Below are positions 47,051-57,600 of a stretch of 64,000 bases of DNA, piece by piece. Source of the DNA: Saprospiraceae bacterium (GTDB lineage Bacteria > Bacteroidota > Bacteroidia > Chitinophagales > Saprospiraceae). How positions within the stretch are numbered: the stretch's first letter is position 1; every line of letters begins with the position of its first letter. A model generated the notes under the pieces. That model was given only the letters and a program-made list of their open reading frames with translations. It had not been told where the DNA came from and made no database searches. The translations under genes and the position numbers were made by a program. Location of the stretch: the NCBI GenBank assembly GCA_020631235.1, contig JAHDHQ010000003.1:46450-110449 (forward strand), in the 5' to 3' direction.

Positions 47051-49480
47051 TTAATTGTCGATATAAAGTCTTCTAATACGTGGTGAAATACGAGCAAGTA
47101 TCTCGTAAGGAATCGTCCCAGAAATTTTAGCAAGGTCATCTAACGAGCCATAATCACCAAAAATCTCTACCGAATCTCCTTCTTTGACTGCACTTATATC
47201 ACTTACATCAATCATTAATAAATCCATGCAGATTTTACCGACTATTAATGCTTTTTCACCATTGATAAAAACATGCCATTTACCGCTTATATTTCTAGGA
47301 ATTCCGTCTGCATATCCGATATTTACCGTAGCAATCCTTGCCTTCTTAGTTAAAAAATGTGCACGGTTATATCCGATGGAATCACCGGAAGCGTACCTTC
47401 TGATTTGTATTATTTTAGCTTGTAAACTATGTACTTTCTCCAGGCTTTTCGAAGGAGGGTTAATTCCTACTCCATACATTGCGATGCCTAGCCTGACCAT
47501 ATCATGCGCATCTTCTGGATAGTTCCAAATACCATTGGAATTTAGTATATGGAATAATGGATTATGTTTAAAAAAGGTTTCGAATTGTTCTTTTATATGC
47601 TTGAAGTCAGCTAATTGCTGAAGCGTAAATGCTTTATCTTTGGGTGCATCACTAGAAGCCAAGTGAGAAAAAACGGACACTACTTCCAGATGATCTAATA
47701 AGTTGAGTTGTTTGATTAATGAGCCAGTGTCTTCTTTGTTAAAACCTAAGCGATGCATTCCTGTATCAAATTCGATATGAATTTTTATATAATTATTGTT
47801 TTCAACACACACTTGGTTTAGTTTGCTTAACTGCTCAAAAGAGTAAACGACTACATCCAAATCATAACTTTGTAAATTTTGTGTATGTTCAATGTCATAG
47901 AAGTTGAAAATTAAAATGGGTAATTGTACCTTATTCTTTCTCAACTCAATGGCTTCATCAATATAAGCGACGGCTAGATAGTCTATGCTTCTATGTTCTA
48001 AAAATTTTGCAATTCTAGTTGCTCCAGAACCATAGGCTGCTGCTTTTATACTGGCCATTATCTTTGCATCAGGATTTATTCTTTTGCTCAATTCGTTTAT
48101 GTTGCGTCCTAAGGCTCCCAGATTTATGTTTAAGCTTGCTTTATGTTTTCTAAATTGGAACCACTCAGCCACCAGATTAAGATTGAGGATATTCGATCCT
48201 TTTATAAGTACAGCACTATTTTTTATTGGTTCAATGTCGAGTTTTTGTAGTAAAGTCTGGATCTGATTAAAATAGCGAATGTTTAAATCATTTTTTGGAA
48301 GCTCAGCAGGGTTTCCTAACCAATAAATTAAATGGATGTCCATTTGCTTGAGCAGATCAAGTAGCTCATGGTTTTTGGATGGTATGCTTAGACCATTTGT
48401 GATGATTATTTTCGGCTTTTCTTCGGCATTGTTATTTAGATACTGAACAGCAATTTTGAAAGCTTCAAGGTCTGAGGAGTAACTATCATTTATGATTATA
48501 TTGTCATTAATTCCATCAAATTTCTCTAAGCGTAAAGCTAGTTTTTCAAGTTTATTAAGACTTTGATTTATTTCACCTTCAGTCCATTGATTGACTAAAA
48601 GATAACTAATGACATGCATTGCGTTTTCCTGTTCAGCTGGATTGACAAAGGGTATCTGAAAGGTATATTTTTTACCTAGATACATCAATTCTAGGATCGT
48701 GTATTCTTTACATTTTTTTGTAGATGTAATTAAAATATCGGCTTCTTTTTCGTGACCCCAACTGACGATATTTAGTGAGGTCGATAAGCTATTTGTGAGT
48801 TTTTTAATGTTTTTGTGATCACGGCAAAATATGAGTGTCTTTGCCTGTTTTGCAAGGATTAATTTTTCTTTTATTTTTTGCTGAGTGTCGATAAAGCCGT
48901 CTTGATGTGCATCCCCGATATTAGTAAATATAACGGTGTCTGGCGCGATCATTTCTTCCAAATTACTCATTTCCTCAGTAGTAGAAATTCCGGTTTCAAT
49001 GATGGCTAATTTATGGTCTTTGGTTATTTCTAAAAGGGAATACGCTACCCCAATTTGTGAGTTGTAGCTTTTAGGTGATTTTACATGAGCAATCTTTTCT
49101 TTAATCATTTGGCTTAGCCATTCTTTAACCGTGGTTTTACCATTACTGCCAGTTATGGCAAGCACCTTTACATCAAAGTTTTCACGATGATACTTGGCTA
49201 TTTTCTGGTAGGCTTTTAAGGAGTCTTTGACTTGAAACCAGCATGTATTTCCAATGTCTGCTTTTTCTGATAATATAGCTGTCGCACCTTTTTTTACCGC
49301 GTGATCAATGTAAAGATGGCCATCAGATTGTTTTCCTTTTAAAGCAATGAAGCACGATGTTTTATGCCGAGAAATCATACGACTATCAAAACTAAACTGG
49401 GATATTACCGCATTTCCTTTAGAGGCAATGAGTTCTTCTCCTAAAATTTCTTTAATATGTTTGCTCGTATAATCGATGAT
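47051..49480 (-). CDS. bifunctional UDP-N-acetylmuramoyl-tripeptide--D-alanyl-D-alanine ligase / alanine racemase
   Basis: The N-terminal Mur ligase has GSNGKTT. The C-terminal alanine racemase has SIKAAAYGSG (PLP Lys) and the YGDYGS...YEILARIS tail. The ATG-bounded ORF is 47051-49378. The conserved MurF N-terminus (DYTSKHIKEILGEELI...FSFDSR) is encoded upstream of that ATG, so I extend to the ATC at 49480. The start codon remains uncertain. Confidence 0.85.
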   Translation of the reverse strand: MIDYTSKHIKEILGEELIASKGNAVISQFSFDSRMISRHKTSCFIALKGKQSDGHLYIDHAVKKGATAILSEKADIGNTCWFQVKDSLKAYQKIAKYHRENFDVKVLAITGSNGKTTVKEWLSQMIKEKIAHVKSPKSYNSQIGVAYSLLEITKDHKLAIIETGISTTEEMSNLEEMIAPDTVIFTNIGDAHQDGFIDTQQKIKEKLILAKQAKTLIFCRDHKNIKKLTNSLSTSLNIVSWGHEKEADILITSTKKCKEYTILELMYLGKKYTFQIPFVNPAEQENAMHVISYLLVNQWTEGEINQSLNKLEKLALRLEKFDGINDNIIINDSYSSDLEAFKIAVQYLNNNAEEKPKIIITNGLSIPSKNHELLDLLKQMDIHLIYWLGNPAELPKNDLNIRYFNQIQTLLQKLDIEPIKNSAVLIKGSNILNLNLVAEWFQFRKHKASLNINLGALGRNINELSKRINPDAKIMASIKAAAYGSGATRIAKFLEHRSIDYLAVAYIDEAIELRKNKVQLPILIFNFYDIEHTQNLQSYDLDVVVYSFEQLSKLNQVCVENNNYIKIHIEFDTGMHRLGFNKEDTGSLIKQLNLLDHLEVVSVFSHLASSDAPKDKAFTLQQLADFKHIKEQFETFFKHNPLFHILNSNGIWNYPEDAHDMVRLGIAMYGVGINPPSKSLEKVHSLQAKIIQIRRYASGDSIGYNRAHFLTKKARIATVNIGYADGIPRNISGKWHVFINGEKALIVGKICMDLLMIDVSDISAVKEGDSVEIFGDYGSLDDLAKISGTIPYEILARISPRIRRLYIDN

Positions 49481-49486
49481 TAGTCT

Positions 49487-50749
49487 TTAGAGGTCAAATC
49501 CAATATCCTTTCTGTAAAATTTTCCTTCAAACTCAATTTTTTCTGCGAGCATGTAGCTTTTTTGTAAAGCCTCACGCTTGTTTTTTGCGAGTGCCGTACA
49601 AGCAAGAACACGTCCACCGGATGTGACTACATTATTTTGTTTGTCCAATGTCGTCCCTGCATGAAAAAGATACGTTTCTTCCATTGGATCCACCAAGTTT
49701 ATGGTTTTTCCTTTTTCATATTTTTCTGGATAACCTCCAGAAACTAAAAAGACGGTACTCGCCGTCCGGGGATCAATATTGATACTTTTTTCATGTAATG
49801 TGCCATTAAAAACGGCATTGAACAAATCTACAATATCCGATTGTATCCTAGGAAAAACGGACTCTGTCTCTGGATCGCCCATTCTGCAATTGTATTCTAT
49901 TACATAAGGCTCATCATCTACTTTTATCAGACCTATGAAGATAAAACCCTTGTAGTCAAGGCCTTCTTTTTTAATGCCGGAAATGGTCTTTTCTATGATT
50001 TTCGTTTTAACTTTTTCTTGCAACTGTTCATCGTAGAAGGGTACAGGAGAGATGGAGCCCATACCTCCTGTGTTAAGTCCTTGATCTCCCTCGCCAATGC
50101 GTTTATAATCCTTAGCTTCAGGCAGTATGATATATTGGTCACCATCAGTTAATACAAACACTGAAAATTCAATGCCATCAAGAAATTGTTCGATAACTAC
50201 TTTGCTAGAAGCCTCTCCGAATTTACCAGATAACATTTCTTTAAATGCAGTTTTTGCTTCTTCTCTATCCGAAACTATAAGTACGCCTTTACCTGCGGCT
50301 AAACCATCCGCTTTTAAAACAATGGGTAAAGCATGATTATCAATATAAGCTAATCCTTCATCTATGTTTTTGAGCGTAAAATCTTTACTTGAAGCAGTGG
50401 GAATCTCGTATTTTGCCATGAAAGAATTAGCAAAAGATTTACTGCCTTCTAAACGTGCGGCCTTTTGTGAAGGCCCTAATACCTTTATTTTGGACTCTTT
50501 AAAGTAGTCATATATTCCATCCACTAAAGGTTGCTCTGGACCTACAATAATCAAGTGGATATCGTTTGACAAGCAAAAAGATTCCAGTCCTGAAAAGTCC
50601 GAAATAGCTATGTTTATATTTGTAGCGATCTGTGAAGTTCCTGCATTTCCTGGACAAACAAATAATTGGTCGCAATGAGGACTTTTCGAAATTTTCGCTG
50701 CGATAGCGTGTTCTCTACCACCACCGCCGATAAGTAAAATATTCTCCAC
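49487..50749 (-). CDS. purD: phosphoribosylamine--glycine ligase
   Basis: ILLIGGGGREHA, the ATP-grasp motif LVLKADGLAAGKGV, and EYNCRMGDPE. GTG start. Confidence 0.93.
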   Translation of the reverse strand: MENILLIGGGGREHAIAAKISKSPHCDQLFVCPGNAGTSQIATNINIAISDFSGLESFCLSNDIHLIIVGPEQPLVDGIYDYFKESKIKVLGPSQKAARLEGSKSFANSFMAKYEIPTASSKDFTLKNIDEGLAYIDNHALPIVLKADGLAAGKGVLIVSDREEAKTAFKEMLSGKFGEASSKVVIEQFLDGIEFSVFVLTDGDQYIILPEAKDYKRIGEGDQGLNTGGMGSISPVPFYDEQLQEKVKTKIIEKTISGIKKEGLDYKGFIFIGLIKVDDEPYVIEYNCRMGDPETESVFPRIQSDIVDLFNAVFNGTLHEKSINIDPRTASTVFLVSGGYPEKYEKGKTINLVDPMEETYLFHAGTTLDKQNNVVTSGGRVLACTALAKNKREALQKSYMLAEKIEFEGKFYRKDIGFDL

Positions 50750-50759
50750 TTTTTAATTG

Positions 50760-50767
50760 CAAATATA
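50760..50767 (-). promoter_or_regulatory. -7 promoter box TATATTTG for purD
   Basis: Exact TAnnTTTG on the minus strand, 11 nt upstream of the GTG at 50749. Confidence 0.35.
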
Positions 50768-50826
50768 ACACGAAGAGAGCACACAAAACACATTACAAAA
50801 AACAGTAATATGTAAAACTAATTGTT

Positions 50827-50834
50827 TATTTTTG
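50827..50834 (+). promoter_or_regulatory. -7 promoter box TATTTTTG, 4 nt upstream of the ruvA ATG
   Basis: Exact TAnnTTTG. The spacing to the start codon is the same as at 4968-4975. Confidence 0.3.
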
Positions 50835-50838
50835 CAAG

Positions 50839-51429
50839 ATGATAGGATATCTAAATGGTCAATTAACTTTTAAGAGCCCTACGAGCATTTACGTAGATGT
50901 AGGTGGAGTAGGCTATCATGTAAACATCAGTTTGCACACTTTTCAGAAGATTGAACATTTGGATAAAGCCAAAATTTTTATTCACCATCACATTACGGAA
51001 AGTGATCAGAGCCTTTATGGGTTTTTCGATGAGCAAGAGCGATCCATATTTAAACATTTGATTTCAGTATCAGGCGTAGGTCCTAGCACTGCAAGGGTTG
51101 CAACATCATATATGGAACCCTTAGAGCTTAAACAAGCCATAGTGCAAGGGAATGTTCAAGCAGTGAGTAAAATAAAAGGCATTGGTCCTAAAACAGCCCA
51201 GCGAATAATTCTTGATTTAAAAGACAAGCTTTTTAAAGAAATGGATGGAGAAGTGGTTATCCTTGATGTTAAAGATTCGTCCATCAAGGAAGAAGCACTC
51301 TCAGCATTAGCCTCTTTAGGGTTCCAAAAATCAAAAATTATCAAAACAGTAGACAAGATTATAGCCGAAAATGGCAAAGAAATCACCGTTGAATCGTTAA
51401 TTAAATCAGTATTGAGACAATTATCTTAG
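50839..51429 (+). CDS. ruvA: Holliday junction branch migration complex subunit RuvA
   Basis: MIGYLNG...VGGVGY, helix-hairpin-helix motifs (ISVSGVGPSTA, IKGIGPKTAQRI), and a C-terminal domain III. Confidence 0.92.
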   Translation: MIGYLNGQLTFKSPTSIYVDVGGVGYHVNISLHTFQKIEHLDKAKIFIHHHITESDQSLYGFFDEQERSIFKHLISVSGVGPSTARVATSYMEPLELKQAIVQGNVQAVSKIKGIGPKTAQRIILDLKDKLFKEMDGEVVILDVKDSSIKEEALSALASLGFQKSKIIKTVDKIIAENGKEITVESLIKSVLRQLS

Positions 51430-51601
51430 TATTCGCATAATGTAGAGTAGGTATTTGCGTTAATGTATCGATTACCCCGTTAACAAGTAAAATACAATAA
51501 AGCTAAAAGTTGCTAAGGTCAATTATTTCAATACTTTTACGCCCGTTTTCGCGTGTAAGTAATTAATACTTACATCGTAACTAAATAACCCGAATTATTC
51601 C

Positions 51602-54600
51602 ATGAATCAAATGAAAGTAGTGTATGGATTTTTGATGTTTTTAATTCCAATTGTAAGTGTACAAGCGGCAAACATCGAAGATTTTGTAAAAAGCCCATAC
51701 CTAAAACAAGAAGTAAGTCAGATAGATACGATTCCAATTAAGGAAAGGTTTGGTGATTTTATTAATGACCCTTCAGACAATCCTTTTGATATTTACCCTT
51801 CTGAGATTAAGCAAACTGTCGAGTACGATCCAGAAACTGATCAATACATAATTACAGAAATGATCGGGGATGAGTTTTTTCGTCCACCGACATACTTAAC
51901 CTTCGACGAATATTTAGAATGGAAAGCTGAACAAGATCAGAAAAACTACTTTTCTAAACTTTCTGGTATTAATTCAGGTGATCGAGGAAACAGTGGTCTG
52001 GTAGACCCAATGTCTAAAATCAACATTGAAAAAAAATTAGCGGATCGCTTATTTGGAGGGAATGGCATCTCTATCAAGCCTCAAGGAAATGTGGATGTTA
52101 AAATCGGAATGGATTATTTCAGAACAAAAAATGATTTTCTAACACCACAACAACAGCGTTCTTTTGGATTTGATTTTCAGCCCGATATCAAAATCAACAT
52201 TGATGGAAACATTGGTGATAAAATGAATTTGGGATTTAATTATGATACACAAGCTTCTTTTGACTTTGATCGAAAAATAAATTTGGTATATGACTCTGAA
52301 GAGTTTACTGAGGATGACATACTTAAAAGAGTTGAGGCAGGAAATGTCAGCTTACCTCTAAGAGGCTCACTCATTCAAGGAGCTCAGTCTTTATTTGGAT
52401 TGAAAACCGTGTTACAGTTTGGTCATTTAACTTTGACGGGTATTGCTTCTCAGCAACAATCTGAACGAAAGCAATTGAGTATTCAGAATGGGGCTTCTGT
52501 TAAAGAGTTTGAAATCAGACCCGACGAATATGATGAAAATAGACACTTCTTCATTTCACATTATCATAGAAATGCCTACACACAAGCCCTAAGTAATTTG
52601 CCTCAAATTAGAAATAATTTTAGGGTTGCAAACATTCAAGTATGGATATCTGATGACCAACAAAATTATCAAGAAAATAGTACAAAAATTGTCGCTATTG
52701 CTGATTTGGGTGAAGGTGTAGACTCTTTGTTAGATGATCCATCAGCAAACTATATGGTTAATCCAGCACCCAGTGCAATAATGGTAGACGCCAATGGAAA
52801 TATATTACCAGATAACAGAGCAAATGACCTGTATGAAAATAGGCTAGAGACGGACGAATTAGCCAGAAGATCAGAGTTTACAAACACACAACTGACTACA
52901 GAATATGGAATGACTCAAATTAATGGATACGAGTTATATAGAGGAAGATTACTCAATCCAAACGAATATACATTTAATGCAGAGTTGGGTTTCATTTCAT
53001 TAAATGTAAAACTCCAGCCTAATCAAGTGCTAGGAGTAGCTTATCAATATTATTATACAGCCAATTGTGATGAAGTATACAAGGTCGGAGAAATGGCTAC
53101 AGATGCCTTATCACCAAACACTAGAGAAGACGAAGAAGAGCAAGAAACAGAATCCGTATTGTATGTAAAGATGTTAAAGAGTACCAATCAACAACCCAAT
53201 TCAAAGATGTGGGACTTGATGATGAAAAACGTATATCCTTTACGTACAAGCCAGCTAACTAAAGATGATTTTGTTTTTGATATCTTTTACGAAGATGACC
53301 AAACAGCTAGAATAAAAAAGTTTTTACCTATCAAGGGTTTAGAAAATACTCCTTTATTAAATGTATTTAATCTCGATCGCTTAAACTCACAAAATGATCC
53401 TCAGCCAGACGGAGTTTTTGATTTTGCTCCAGGGATAACAGTTTTACCAAGGAATGGTACCATTATATTTCCTGTATTGGAGCCATTTGGTCGAGATTTA
53501 GATGCTGCATTACCTCCTGGAATTCCTAAAGAAGCAGTGGATTCATTAAGGTATAATCAACTATACGATTTGTCGATTACCAACGCGCGCGAGTATCTAC
53601 ATCTAAATAAGTTTGTGATGTTAGGTAAGTACAAGTCAGATGTTTCTTCGGAAATTTCATTGGGTTCTTGGAACATCCCTAGAGGAGAAAACTCGGTTAT
53701 AGTGCGTGCAGGTGGTAAGGTGTTGAGAGAAGGACAAGATTATGAAATAGATTATGGTATAGGTAGGTTGAGGATATTAAATGAAGCCTATTTACAACAA
53801 GGGGTTCCGATTACCGTGGATTTTGAAGACAATAGTTTTTTCAATGTTCAGCAAAAAACCATGCTAGGTTTGAGAGCTGATTATGCCGTAAGTGATCAAC
53901 TATCTTTAGGCGCTACCTACCTCAAACTAAGAGAACGTCCACTGACTCAAAAAGTAAACATTGGCGATGATCCTATAAATAACCGGATTTTTGGTTTTGA
54001 TGTTAATTATACCACAGAGACACCATGGATGACAAAAGCTTTAGATCGATTGCCGATATATAGCACAAAAGAGCCATCACAAATTAAAATGGTGGGTGAA
54101 GTGGCGGCTTTACTTCCAGGACACTCTAAAGCGATCAACTTAAATGATGATAAGGGTGGAGTTGTAAATATTGATGATTTTGAAGGGGCTGTGAGTGGTT
54201 TACCATTAGGGACTCAACCACTGCGTTGGATATTAGCCAGTGTGCCTTCAGAGAGAGACGAATATTTGGCTCCAGATTTAGCATCTGGATATAATCGAGC
54301 AGCCTTGAGTTGGTATGTGATTGATCCTTTAGCTCGACAAGGAGTTATAGAAACATCATATACAAGACCTGTAGCTCCAACTGAGTTATTTAATAGAACT
54401 CTACTCCCTTCAGATTTTCCAGATCTTCGGACTTTTGATTTAACTTATGATCCCAAGACTAGAGGTCCATACAATTTTGATCGATTAGAGGGATCTGATC
54501 ATTCTTCAGGAGTAGAAGTAGTGGATGGTGAAATAGAACTTAAAGACCCAGAAACAAGATGGGCAGGTATTATGACTTATATGAATAATTCGGATTTTGA

Positions 54601-57600
54601 AGCTACGAATTATGAGTTCATAGATTTTTGGCTACTTAATCCATTTATGGATACGACCAATACTTTCGATGGTGAAGCTGGAAAACTTGTTTTCCATTTA
54701 GGTAATGTATCTGAAGATGTTTTGGGTGATAACATTCAGTTTTACGAAAACTCCATACCTGTAGACCCAGAATCAGAAACGCCTATCAGAGATACACCAT
54801 TTGGAAAAGTACCTTTAGTGGTTCCTAATAATTTAATAGGTTTTGATAATGATAGTCGAGAAATTCAAGATGTAGGTTTTGATGGACTCAATAACGCTCA
54901 AGAGTTTAATTATTTTGAAGACTATGTGGAAGAAATGGATATGGCTGGTGCTTCGGTTTTTAACGATCCTTCTAATGATGATTGGATCTATTATGATAAT
55001 CCTGCCTTGTCAAATGAGACAAACTTACTAGAGCGTTATAAGCGTTTTAATGCTCCTGAAGGTAACACACCAGACGGTAACTTAAACGAAAGAGGAAACC
55101 CTTATCCAGAAAAAGAAGAATTAAATGGTAATGCATCTTTAGATCAAGGGGAGAGTTATTATAAATATGAAATAGATCTTATTAATGATGGCAATGAAAT
55201 AGATTCATTAGCTACCGATTATATAAGTGATAAGAAATCCATTCCATTTACCGATGCTAATGGGGTGTTGCAAGAAGAGATTTGGTATAGATTCCAAATA
55301 CCAATTCGAGATTTAGAAAACTTGGAAATTGTAAATGATATTGCTGGATTTCGATCCATTCAATTTATGCGAATGATCGTAGAAGGTTTTTCAGAGCAAA
55401 AAACCTTTAGAATGGCTGAGTTAGAGTTGGTGCGATCTCAATGGAGAACATTGTTGGAAGTTTGTTCAGGTGACCCCAATCCACCAGAGTTTAATTTAGA
55501 TATTGTAAGTATTCAAGAAAACACTCGAAAAACACCTTATCCTTATGTGCTCCCGAAAGGTATAAAACAAGAAATATTACAATCTAGTTTTGCCAATGTC
55601 GAGCAAGATGAAAGATCGGTTTCATTAAATTTTTGCGAATTTGATCAAACCATATGTGAGCCAGCTATTTATAAGCTGACCGAATTAGACTTAAGGGTTT
55701 TTGATAAACTTCAAATGTTTGTCCATGCAGAACAAGATGAAATAAATGGTTTGGACTTCTTTGATGGTGATTTGTCATTAATAGTAAAGATTGGAAAAGA
55801 TTTTGTCAGCAATTACTACGAATACGAAATTCCGCTAGAGGTAACTGATGAAGACCTCTCTGTAGGCGGTATTTCTCCAGATTCAGTGGTCGCTGTAGTA
55901 TGGAAAGAAAACAATTTTTTAGACCTTCAATTAAGTGATCTTACGGATTTAAAATTAGCAAGAAACGCTGATCCTACTAGTTCGCCAACCGTTTTTTATG
56001 AAGGTTCACCAAGCCTTAAGCCAGACCATAAAATAGGTATTATTGGTAATCCGAATTTAGGTTTTATAAAGGGTATTTCTATTGGACTTCGGTTAAATAA
56101 CACGGATATTGTCGGAACTGAAGGAATTTGCGGTGAAGTATGGGTGAACGAATTGCGAGCCGTTGGTTTTGAAGAGCGAGGTGGAGTGGCATCAGTAGCA
56201 AGAGTGGATTGGCAATTGGCCGACTTAGGAAATGTAACAGTTTCAGGGAAGTATAATAGTATAGGATGGGGCGCTCTTGATCAAAAATTGGACGAACGAC
56301 TCAAGGAAGAAATTATAGAATATGATGCGGCTACAAACCTAGAACTTGGTAAGTTTTTTCCACAAAAGTGGAATGTAAGAGTACCATTTTATGCTCAGTA
56401 TGCCCGATCTATAAGTAATCCGCAATTTGATCCTTTCGATCTTGATTTAACCTTAGAAGAAAAACTGGCTTCTCAACCAAGCAAAAGAGATTCTATAAAA
56501 AATACAGCCCAAGATGTCACGACCATTAAGACCATAAACTTTATCAATGTCCGGAAAGAAAAAAGTAGAGGTGGTCCTAAAGGCGGGAAAAATGGTCCTA
56601 TTTCGCTAGGAGGAAAAAATACAAAACCTGGCTCCGCAGATCCTGCAGGAAAAGGAGCTGTTGCCACGAAAGGAGGCAATGCTTTGCAAAACAAGCCTAA
56701 ACCACAAAGAAATTATCCTTGGGATATTTCGAACTTTAGTGTGAGTTATGCATATACTGAAACAGATAAGCGTGACCCTTTGCTTGAATTTGATAATACA
56801 AAAGAATACAAAGCAGGTCTTGATTATACTTATAAACCTAAAGCTAAATCGATTACACCATTTAAAAAGATGGTGAAATCAGATTATCTAAAGTTGATCA
56901 AGGAATTTAATTTTAGTCCGATTCCAAGTAGCTTCAGTTTCACTACAGACATGAACCGAAGATTAAAGAACCGTAGATTCAGATTGCCTGTTCAGCCCGT
57001 GTTTGAATTTGACGAGCGCTTTTTTACTTGGGAAAGAAGGTATAATCTAAATTGGGATTTTGCTAAAGCATTAAAACTGAAATTTAATGCAACCAACATG
57101 TCATTTATTGATGAATATAGACAAACGGGTATTCAAGCAGATCCAGTCGATCGAGAATGGATCAATGAAGTGGGTGATACAGTTACTGAAATTGTTAGGG
57201 AAAACGAGAATCAAGTAAAAGAATATTGGCAGAATAACTTGAGAGATGGCGGAAGAAATACAAAGTACAATCATCAAGCTATCCTAAGTTATAACGTGCC
57301 ATTTAAGTACATTCCATTCATGCAATGGATTTCGGTTAAGGCCCAATACAAGGCGGATTATAGTTGGATCAGTGGTCCACTTATCGATATAGAACCAGGA
57401 AATCCAGAATTAGTCTTGCCTGGAGCCATTATTCAGAATGGACAAAACAGGTCAGCCACGGCTACTTTTGATTTTAATAAGTTGTACAAAAAATCAAAAT
57501 ATCTAAAGAATTTGGATAAAATTGATAAAAGCAAGAATACTAAATCAAAGAGTAAGAACAAGAAAAAAACCAGAGATAAAGACGATAAAAAAGAGGATGA

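Noticed and set aside
49487-50749. Read-through of the purD TAA to give a PurD-MurF-Alr fusion
   Set aside because: The two ORFs are in frame, but a tri-functional fusion has no precedent that I know of. Near-cognate initiation or a start-codon error explains the data more simply. It is kept only as the least likely option in the murF finding.
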